Shown: positions 9,484 through 17,437 of the stretch, one piece after another
Layout: every line of letters starts with the position of its first letter
Position numbering within the stretch: the first letter of the stretch is position 1
DNA from: an uncultured Clostridia bacterium
GTDB taxonomy: Bacteria; Bacillota_I; Bacilli_A; RF39; UBA660
NCBI GenBank assembly: GCA_948433435.1
Contig: CAOJDX010000001.1
Coordinates: 17,564-81,563, forward strand
Direction of reading: 5' to 3'
Length of the DNA: 64,000 nt
Translations under genes and position numbers: made by a program
The notes under the pieces: generated by a model
What the model was told of the DNA's origin: nothing
Seen by the model: only the letters and a program-made list of their open reading frames with translations
Database searches by the model: none

Positions 9484-11205
9484 TTACTTTGGAAACATTG
9501 GAACATTTATTTCGTTATTTATTTCTTGTTTTTTGCTATTATCTAGTGATGTATTTCCGTTGATGAGAGGAATTATAGGAGTTTGTTGAAGTGGGGGTTG
9601 ATTATTGCTATCTGTTTTTTGGCTCTGAACTATATTTGTATTCTTTTTTGCTTTTATGTTTTTGATATTAGGGTTTGGAAAAAAAGATTTACTATGGGAA
9701 TGATCTGCTTTTTTCTTTGGTTTAAAATTTTGAGATTTTGTAGGAATGTTGCTGTTAACTTTTTGCTTAGTAATATCAGGAGTTGGTATTAGATCCTTAC
9801 TTAGTGAAACAGCTTGAGTTGTTGTTATGGGTACTTTTTTTTCAGGGTTAGTATTTTGAATGATTGAGGTTGTATTCTTTTCTACGTTTGTTTGAGAGAT
9901 CTTTTCTATTTGATTGGTTATTTGCTTTTCTTTGTGTTCTTCAGCTCTTAATTCTTGTTCCTTTTTTTCTGTAATTGCTTTATTCATAGTTTGTAAACAG
10001 CTATCATCAATGTCATTATCAATTTCAATAATTCTATATATTTCTTCAAAGGTTGTAAAACCGTCTAAAATTTTTCCTAGTCCATCTTGTAGTAAAGTAA
10101 TTACATTTCCTGTTCCATATACTAAATTTCTTAATTCGGTTTTGTCAGAAACTGCATTGTTAATGGCAGATTTTATATTGTCGTCAATTTCAAGAACTTC
10201 CTGAACAGCAATACGTCCATGATAGCCTTTATTACAACTAGGGCATCCATTTTTATTGGCATCCATAATTTCTTCAATATCTTTTCTTAAGGCTAATTTG
10301 AATACTTTTTTCTCATAGGAAGTTGTTTTTCTTTTGATACAACATTTTGGGCATAGGGCTTTGGCTAGTCTTTGAGAAATAATTCCTGTAATGGCACTTG
10401 AAAGTAAATATTTTTCTACATTCATATCTAATAGTCTTTCAATGGTAGATAAGGAGTTATTTGTATGAATGGTAGATAAAACTAAATGGCCTGTAATTGA
10501 GGCACGAACAGCAATTTGAGCGGTTTCACTATCACGTATTTCTCCAATTAGAATAACATTGGGATCTTGCCTTAAGATAGATCTTAAAACAGTAGAAAAA
10601 TCAAGCCCTATTTCAGAATTTACTTGAACTTGATTAAGTCCTTCAATATTCATTTCTATTGGATCTTCAACAGTTATAATATTTGTTCTTTCTTTATTTA
10701 GTACTTGTAGAATAGAGTAAACAGTAGTACTTTTTCCAGATCCGGTTGCTCCTGTGACTAAGATTATTCCATTAGGAGCTTCAATCATTCTTAATAATTT
10801 TTTGTAATTTTCTTGATTGAATCCTAGTTTGTTTAATCCTGATAAACTTCGAGAATAATCTAAAATACGGATGACTATTTTTTCACCTTCATTTGTTGGA
10901 AGACAAGAAACACGCATATCTAAGTCTTTTCCCCCGAAGTTTCCTTTAATTGCTCCATCTTGAGGTAATCTACTTTCTGTAATATTCATATTTGACATTA
11001 ATTTTAATCTTGTGGTTAAATTTCTTTCATACATTTTAGGAATATAAGCATAATCAGTTAGATCACCATCAACACGGATTCTAACCATTATTCCATTATC
11101 TCGTGGATCAAGATGAATATCAGAAGCTCCACGTCTTGAAGCATCAATTATTATAGCATCTGCAATCTGAGTAATTGGAGTTTTTGCAAAATCAAATGTT
11201 ACCAT
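9484..11205 (-). CDS. GspE/PilB/ComGA-family secretion ATPase with long C-terminal low-complexity extension
   Basis: 573 aa. Walker A GATGSGKST, Asp box, Walker B ILIGEIRD, His box GHLVLSTIHTN, tetracysteine CPKC...CPSC. The core ends near aa 395; the last ~175 aa are K/N/Q/T/P-rich. Confidence 0.85.
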   Translation of the reverse strand: MVTFDFAKTPITQIADAIIIDASRRGASDIHLDPRDNGIMVRIRVDGDLTDYAYIPKMYERNLTTRLKLMSNMNITESRLPQDGAIKGNFGGKDLDMRVSCLPTNEGEKIVIRILDYSRSLSGLNKLGFNQENYKKLLRMIEAPNGIILVTGATGSGKSTTVYSILQVLNKERTNIITVEDPIEMNIEGLNQVQVNSEIGLDFSTVLRSILRQDPNVILIGEIRDSETAQIAVRASITGHLVLSTIHTNNSLSTIERLLDMNVEKYLLSSAITGIISQRLAKALCPKCCIKRKTTSYEKKVFKLALRKDIEEIMDANKNGCPSCNKGYHGRIAVQEVLEIDDNIKSAINNAVSDKTELRNLVYGTGNVITLLQDGLGKILDGFTTFEEIYRIIEIDNDIDDSCLQTMNKAITEKKEQELRAEEHKEKQITNQIEKISQTNVEKNTTSIIQNTNPEKKVPITTTQAVSLSKDLIPTPDITKQKVNSNIPTKSQNFKPKKKADHSHSKSFFPNPNIKNIKAKKNTNIVQSQKTDSNNQPPLQQTPIIPLINGNTSLDNSKKQEINNEINVPMFPK

Positions 11206-11305
11206 ATCAACATCACCCTTTTTATTCTTTACTTTTGTATGGTACTCTACTATAATAATAGTATATAATAGTTCTACAATTTTGACAAGAAAGAAAGGAG
11301 CTTTT

Positions 11306-11971
11306 ATGAAGAAAGTTTTAAATAATAGTGGTTTTGCAATGGTTGAAACACTGATTGCAGCTGTTTCTGTTATTTCTATTTTTGCTCTTTTATATAATTT
11401 AATTTATCCATTGCTAGGAGGATATAAAGCCTCTCAAAATTATGATGATTTGGATAGCAAGTATGTAGCATTTTATGTAAAAGAAATGATTGAAATGGAT
11501 CAAGTGGATATTAGTAAACAACTATTAAATAGAGAATATAATGTTTATCAGACTTATGCTTATATTAATGATCAAGAAGGGGAAAAGAGAGTTAATATTC
11601 ATGATATTGATATTGATCCATCTGGTCAGAGCGAACATTATTATATTAAAAATGAATTATGTGAATTGCTTATTTCAGAAGGTAATATGAAAAATAATCG
11701 TTTTTTTTGTAATAAATATGTAGCAGGAGCGAATGTTACCAAAATTTATTTATTAAAGTATGAAACAACTAATTTTAAGAATATTGTCAAGGATGCTGGT
11801 GGTTTTAGTCGTTCATTTAAAAAGTATGTTGAATATATGCCTACCCATTCAGCTGCAGTAGCAGATAAGAAGAATAATTATTATCGTATTATTGTTGAAA
11901 TTGAGCATGATTCCTATAATACAGCAGGTAATCGATATTATTCTTATGCATCGATAGAGGTGAAAAAATAA
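11306..11971 (+). CDS. prepilin-type N-terminal cleavage/methylation domain protein (pseudopilin)
   Basis: ATG at 11306 after AAAGGAG. Class III signal MKKVLNNSG|FAMVETLIAAV with Glu at +5. 221 aa. Confidence 0.7.
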   Translation: MKKVLNNSGFAMVETLIAAVSVISIFALLYNLIYPLLGGYKASQNYDDLDSKYVAFYVKEMIEMDQVDISKQLLNREYNVYQTYAYINDQEGEKRVNIHDIDIDPSGQSEHYYIKNELCELLISEGNMKNNRFFCNKYVAGANVTKIYLLKYETTNFKNIVKDAGGFSRSFKKYVEYMPTHSAAVADKKNNYYRIIVEIEHDSYNTAGNRYYSYASIEVKK

Positions 11972-12648
11972 TGAAAAAGTTGAATAATAAAGGGATGACT
12001 TTGATTGAATTGTTAATTTCTTTTGCTATTACATCAGCTATTGTTGTCTCAATGTTTAATGTTATTTTAAATTATCAAACAGAGCAATCTACAGAGGCTT
12101 TAAAAAGTGATATTATTGCTTATAAAAATACTATTACTAAATTAATACAAGCTGATATTATTAAGGGGGAGTTAAAAAGTGTAGATATTAAACCAATTAA
12201 GCAAGTTAATAATTATACAGAGTATGGCTTTATACTTACATTTAATCGTAATTTAGGTAGTTCTTCTTTAAGTGATCCTGATTCATTGGGGTCGGGAGGA
12301 GTTTTGGTTAAAGAATTAACCGTTAGAACTAGTAATACCGAGGAAAATTATATTACTTATGATGACATCAATAATAAGGGTGTTTTACAATCTGTAAAAT
12401 ATGCTTTACCTAGTGTTGGAAAAGGAATTATTCCAGCTAAGGATAATCAAAGTACAACTGAGACCAATTTAACTAAATTTACAGCTGTTAGTACCAATGT
12501 TAATGATTATACAAAAGTAGATCCTGTAACTTTTCTTAATTTAGGAATTAATTATTTTGATCTAGATATTACCATTAGTAATAATGAACTTGGAGGGGAT
12601 TATCATATTAAAATTATTGCTCCTCTAAATTACTCTTATTGTAAATAG
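11971..12648 (+). CDS. prepilin-type N-terminal cleavage/methylation domain protein (pseudopilin)
   Basis: MKKLNNKG|MTLIELLISFAIT, a canonical class III signal with Glu at +5. Its start overlaps the previous stop (TAATG). Confidence 0.75.
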   Translation: MKKLNNKGMTLIELLISFAITSAIVVSMFNVILNYQTEQSTEALKSDIIAYKNTITKLIQADIIKGELKSVDIKPIKQVNNYTEYGFILTFNRNLGSSSLSDPDSLGSGGVLVKELTVRTSNTEENYITYDDINNKGVLQSVKYALPSVGKGIIPAKDNQSTTETNLTKFTAVSTNVNDYTKVDPVTFLNLGINYFDLDITISNNELGGDYHIKIIAPLNYSYCK

Positions 12649-13548
12649 AAATATTAATAGCATGATTGAAATGGCTAAACTAGAAATTCTTCCTAGTAAG
12701 AAGTATAAATAGTTTAGTTTTTCTTTGGCAATGATTTCTTTTACTTGAAAGTGGACACTTATTCCGCCAAATGATAAGAAAGAAGTTATTAATATTATTT
12801 TAAAAAACATAGTAATATTTAAATTTTTTAGAGAGATAATTCCCTTAGTTAGGTCAAAAAGACCATAAATTAGAGTTTTTATTAATTCATTATTTAGAGA
12901 ATGAACAAGTATATCACTAATAGTGTAGAAGAAAATGGTATTACCTAATATTAAAAAGAGAACTTTAAAACTAGATAGAAAAGAGGTTGCTAAAGTATTG
13001 GAAAAAGAATCTCTTTCTATTTTAGGTGATTTTTTTTCGATGTAGGCTTTTTTAGGTCTAATCATAAAAGCTACTATAAAATTGGAAAGATAGTGGCATA
13101 ATAAAATAAAAAAAGCAATTTTTTTGGAGAATAGTATGGAAATAGTTCCCATGATAAATAAAGGATTTGAAAAATGGGTGAATGTTAGAAGATAATTAGC
13201 TAAATCTTTGGTTATTAAGTTTTTTTCTAAAAAGGATGTTGTGTATTTAGCTCCACTAGGAAAACCAGATATCATACTCATGAGAACAATAAAAGAACTT
13301 GTTCCAGAAATATGGAATAGTTTTAAAAATAATTTATTAAAAATTGGTTCTAAGACGTTTAGGAGACCATAATTGATTAATAAATCTGATAGGGTATAGA
13401 AGAGAAACATTGCTGGAAATAGTTTATTGATAAACATGGTTGAGGCTTCTAAAACATCTTCTATTACCAAGTTAGAATTTATTAAGGTAAAAGCTAAAAC
13501 ACTAAATAAAAAGATAAGTATTAATAAAGATTTTAATTTTTTCAACAT
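12625..13548 (-). CDS. ylbJ: sporulation integral membrane protein YlbJ-like
   Basis: 307 aa, polytopic. GFPSGAKYTTSFLEK..IT..LANYLLTFTHFSNPLFIMG matches the YlbJ signature region. Neighbour of ylbL, as in Bacillus. Confidence 0.55.
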   Translation of the reverse strand: MLKKLKSLLILIFLFSVLAFTLINSNLVIEDVLEASTMFINKLFPAMFLFYTLSDLLINYGLLNVLEPIFNKLFLKLFHISGTSSFIVLMSMISGFPSGAKYTTSFLEKNLITKDLANYLLTFTHFSNPLFIMGTISILFSKKIAFFILLCHYLSNFIVAFMIRPKKAYIEKKSPKIERDSFSNTLATSFLSSFKVLFLILGNTIFFYTISDILVHSLNNELIKTLIYGLFDLTKGIISLKNLNITMFFKIILITSFLSFGGISVHFQVKEIIAKEKLNYLYFLLGRISSLAISIMLLIFLFTIRVI

Positions 13549-13596
13549 ATTTTTCCTCTTTTTTGCTATAATTAAACATAAAGGACTGATCGTATT

Positions 13597-14610
13597 ATGT
13601 TTAATAAAATATATAACAAGATTAAAAAATATATTCGAGAAAACTTTGTAGAAATTTGTGTTTATTTGGTTTTCTTATTCTCTGTATTATGCCCTGTTAA
13701 TTATTATATTATTACTGGAGGAGGAATCTTTGATGCTAGTAAGAGAGTTTCTTTAGATACTAATTATTCGTCAAAGGGAAGTTTTAATATGGCTTATGTA
13801 TCAGAAATAAAAGGAACTATTTTCACTTATTTACTTAGTTATATTATTCCTAGTTTTGAAAGAGATAGTATGGATGATTATAAAACGAACGATCAAGAGT
13901 CAGCAGCTGATATTGAGTTCCGAAATAGTTTGTGGCTTAATCAAACGAACAATAATGCTATTTATGTGGCATATCATAAGGCGGGAAAGAAACTAGAAGA
14001 GAAAAGTTATAGTAATTATGTTTTTTATATTGATGAGCAGGCGGATACTAATTTAAAAGTTGGGGATCAAATTTTAAAGGTTGATGATCATGATATTCGG
14101 AATTTAGAGGAATTGAAATCATATGTTCATACCAAAAAAGTTGGTGAAGAAATTCAATTTACAGTTATGGAAAAGAAAAAAGAATTTACTAAATATGCTA
14201 AGGTTTATGAAGAAGATGCTGAACTATATATAGGTATTTCTTTATTGGAAGATGTTATTTATAATCCATATCCTAAAGTTACTTTTAAGTTTAAAGAGAG
14301 TGAGTCGGGACCTAGTGGTGGTCTTATTATGAGTTTGCAAATTTATAATATGCTAATTAAAAAAGATATTACAAAAGGCAAAAAGATAGTTGGAACAGGA
14401 ACAATTTCTAAGGATGGAAGTGTGGGAGAAATTGATGGGGTAAAACACAAACTTAGAGGAGCGGTTAAAAATAAAGCTGATGTATTTTTAGTTCCAGCTG
14501 GTAGAAATTATCAGGAAGCTATTAAAGAAAAGAAAAAAAATAATTATCAAATTCAAATTATTGAAGTTGGGAGTTTTGATGAGGCTATTCAGAAGTTAGA
14601 AAATTTATAG
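13597..14610 (+). CDS. ylbL: PDZ domain / Lon-like S16 protease YlbL
   Basis: 337 aa. N-terminal TM, PDZ (GDQILKVDDHDI), Lon proteolytic domain (SGPSGGLIMSL...GTGTIS.DGSVGEIDGV..KL.GA). Confidence 0.75.
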   Translation: MFNKIYNKIKKYIRENFVEICVYLVFLFSVLCPVNYYIITGGGIFDASKRVSLDTNYSSKGSFNMAYVSEIKGTIFTYLLSYIIPSFERDSMDDYKTNDQESAADIEFRNSLWLNQTNNNAIYVAYHKAGKKLEEKSYSNYVFYIDEQADTNLKVGDQILKVDDHDIRNLEELKSYVHTKKVGEEIQFTVMEKKKEFTKYAKVYEEDAELYIGISLLEDVIYNPYPKVTFKFKESESGPSGGLIMSLQIYNMLIKKDITKGKKIVGTGTISKDGSVGEIDGVKHKLRGAVKNKADVFLVPAGRNYQEAIKEKKKNNYQIQIIEVGSFDEAIQKLENL

Positions 14611-14770
14611 TTATTTTGGTCATGAAAAGTTTGAAAAAATAAAAATTAAAAAAGGATAAGATTAGAGAAAAGTTAGATTTTTGCCATATTTTAAAGGATT
14701 TTTGGTAAAAAACTCTTTTCTTTTTTTCTTATTTATGATATAATGTTGTTCAATGTTGAGGGGGATAGCT

Positions 14771-16354
14771 ATGAGTAAAATATCGCCAGGTTGGTTATTT
14801 TTTTATAGTTTAGCAACAAAATATTATGAGTATTATGGAGATTTGGATGTTCCTAGTACCTTTAAAACTAGAAATGGTTATGAAAAAGTTAGAGAAAATG
14901 AAGAAGGTATATTTGATTTAGGACAGTGGATTGCTAGACAAAGGTTTGGAAATATTGAAAATGATCATTATAATCTAACAAATAAAAAAAGAGAATTATT
15001 AAATAAAATAGAAATGATCTGGGATGCTAATGAATACAGATGGGATAAACTATATCAGTTGGCTAAAAAATATTATGAACATTATGGGCATTTGGATGTT
15101 TCTGGTACCTTTAAAACTAAAAATGGTTATGAAGAGGATGCGAAAGGATTTCCTTTAGGACAATGGATGAAGTATCAGAGATCAAATTTTAAAGGGAATG
15201 ATTTTTCTTGTTTGAGTGATGAGAAGATAGAAAAATTAAATAAAATAGAAATGATTTGGGATGTTAATGAGTGTAAATGGATTAGGATGTATGAATTAGC
15301 CAAAAAGTATTATGAACATTATGGACATTTAAATGTTTCTAGAACTTTCCGAACAAAAAATGGTTATGATGAAGACGATAATGGCCTTCCTTTAGGACAG
15401 TGGGTACATACACAGAGAAGAAGATATAGAGGAGAACTAAAGGTGGATTTAACTGATAAACAATTATCTTTGTTAGAGAAATTAAATATTATTTGGTTTA
15501 TTAGAAATAAAGATCAGTGCCAAAAGGAACTTATAACTTCTAGTAATAATTTTCGGAAAAAACGAGAAATTTATAACCGCTTTAGAAGTTTTCTTAATGG
15601 AATTTCAAATCATAATACACTTTCTAAGGAAGAAATAAATGAAATGTTTATAAATCAATTAAACAACAAAATTCAGAAGGAAAAGCGGAGAAGTAATGAT
15701 TTAAAGGTAAATTGTTTGGATGAAGCTGTATATGAAACTTTAAAAGATTATGGGTATGAAAATCTTACTGAACGTTTAAAAATATTAATATATTGTATGA
15801 TATTGCATATTGATAAAATGGATCAGGATCAAGATGCTTATCTTGCTTTTACAGAAAAAAATGGTGCGAGAGAATATATTCAATCAAAGGGGAAAGATGC
15901 CCTAATAGATGAAATGAAACAATTATTGCTGTTAGATCATAAAAATGTAGAGAGTATTGAAGACATTTATCAAGAATATGCTAGTAGTTTTTATCATAGA
16001 AAATGTGATAACCAAAAGGTAAATTGCTTAGAAAATGCTTTATATGAAACGATAAAAGATTATGGGTATGATAAATTTTCTGATCGATTAGAATTGCTAA
16101 TATATTGTTTGGTTGAGCATATTGATAGAGCGGATCAATATGAGGAGGCTTGGTTAGCTTTTACGAAAAAAAATGGTGCAAGGGAATATATTCAATCAAA
16201 GGGGAAAGATGCCCTAATAGATGAAATGAAACAATTATTGCTGTTAGATCATAAAAATATAGAGAGTATTGAAGACATTTATCAAGAATATGCTAGTAGT
16301 TTTTATCATAAGAAATATGATAATACTCAATTCCAAAAGAAAAAGAAGAGTTAA
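14771..16354 (+). CDS. helicase-associated (HA) domain repeat protein with duplicated C-terminal module
   Basis: ATG at 14771 after GAGGGGGA. Three ~79-aa HA-like repeats (YY.(E/H)YG.L.V...F.T.NGY......LGQW...QR) are followed by two ~104-aa copies of an unassigned helical module. Confidence 0.6.
   Translation: MSKISPGWLFFYSLATKYYEYYGDLDVPSTFKTRNGYEKVRENEEGIFDLGQWIARQRFGNIENDHYNLTNKKRELLNKIEMIWDANEYRWDKLYQLAKKYYEHYGHLDVSGTFKTKNGYEEDAKGFPLGQWMKYQRSNFKGNDFSCLSDEKIEKLNKIEMIWDVNECKWIRMYELAKKYYEHYGHLNVSRTFRTKNGYDEDDNGLPLGQWVHTQRRRYRGELKVDLTDKQLSLLEKLNIIWFIRNKDQCQKELITSSNNFRKKREIYNRFRSFLNGISNHNTLSKEEINEMFINQLNNKIQKEKRRSNDLKVNCLDEAVYETLKDYGYENLTERLKILIYCMILHIDKMDQDQDAYLAFTEKNGAREYIQSKGKDALIDEMKQLLLLDHKNVESIEDIYQEYASSFYHRKCDNQKVNCLENALYETIKDYGYDKFSDRLELLIYCLVEHIDRADQYEEAWLAFTKKNGAREYIQSKGKDALIDEMKQLLLLDHKNIESIEDIYQEYASSFYHKKYDNTQFQKKKKS
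15704..16324 (+). repeat. in-frame tandem duplication (2 x 312 nt) inside the HA-domain gene
   Basis: Copy A (15704-16015) and copy B (16016-~16324) both open with AAGGTAAATTG. The cores 15861-~15998 and 16173-~16310 differ at only a few positions by eye. Confidence 0.85.
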
Positions 16355-16385
16355 ATTGTAAAGTACAAGGACTCTTCTTTTTCTT

Positions 16386-17312
16386 TTATATAGCAATTAG
16401 AGTTATTTCTGTTGGGTAAATTGGGGAACCAGTGTATCTTAGATAAAATTTATAATCTTTTGATAATTCATCAATCATCTTAGGAATTTTCCAAAGATCT
16501 TCATTTTGATGATAAACCGATATTAAAAGCTTTGGATGATCATTAATAATGTGTCTTTTGGCTCCTTCTATAGCTTTTTGCTCAAGGCCTTCAATATCTG
16601 CTTTAATTAGGGTGATAGAACCTGTAATATCTTCATCTAAAGTGGTTACTGGTATTTCTCCATTTTCTTCCATATTTAGGGTATTAGCAGAGGTACTTAC
16701 TGAATTATTTTGGACTTTCATATTTCCTTTTTTGTTGCTAATTCCTTTTAATTTGTATTCTATATTAGGATATTCTTGTAAGTTTTCTTTTAAAATCTCG
16801 AAAGTTTCTGGAGTAATTTCATAACAATATATTTTTTGATAACAATCTTCCCCATAATTTTTTATGTAGGATAAAACGGTATCACCAATATAAGCTCCTA
16901 GGTCTACAATTATTTCTTTTTTATCGCATTTGACCAAGTCTAAATCAAAGTAATCATCAAATAGGTATTCTTTGGTTTTACTTGTTTCTACAAAGTCGTA
17001 TTGGTACCAATTGTTTAGAATAGCATAAAGTAATTCTTTAGATCGGTAATCTTCTAAACGCTGATATAGCCAGATAAAATCATCAATATGATGATATAAT
17101 TCGGCGGCTTTTAATTCTATTTGCTGATAATTATGTCTTTCTATATCTAAGATTCCCCAGTAGCCAAATTGATTAAAAAAATTTGTACAACTTTTTTTAG
17201 TTTCCTCTGGTATCTGGTCGAATTTTGCTCTAATTCTATGATATAATTCTTTTTCGCTGAAAGATTTAACTTCTTTCACTAACTTTTCAAACTTATTATC
17301 TATAATGTTCAT
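16386..17312 (-). CDS. FkbM-family SAM-dependent methyltransferase
   Basis: 308 aa. SAM-binding motif IVDLGAYIGDTVLSY, and the typical FkbM C-terminal layout (LIKADIEG.E..A..GA). Confidence 0.65.
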   Translation of the reverse strand: MNIIDNKFEKLVKEVKSFSEKELYHRIRAKFDQIPEETKKSCTNFFNQFGYWGILDIERHNYQQIELKAAELYHHIDDFIWLYQRLEDYRSKELLYAILNNWYQYDFVETSKTKEYLFDDYFDLDLVKCDKKEIIVDLGAYIGDTVLSYIKNYGEDCYQKIYCYEITPETFEILKENLQEYPNIEYKLKGISNKKGNMKVQNNSVSTSANTLNMEENGEIPVTTLDEDITGSITLIKADIEGLEQKAIEGAKRHIINDHPKLLISVYHQNEDLWKIPKMIDELSKDYKFYLRYTGSPIYPTEITLIAI

Positions 17313-17437
17313 CTTTCACACTCCTATTTTAAATATATTATGTTTATTTGAAAAAAATGTAGTGCTAATGATATTTTTTGTGTGCTTTGTCTTTCTTTGA
17401 TATGATATAATAGATTTATTTAGAAGTAGGTGAAGTT

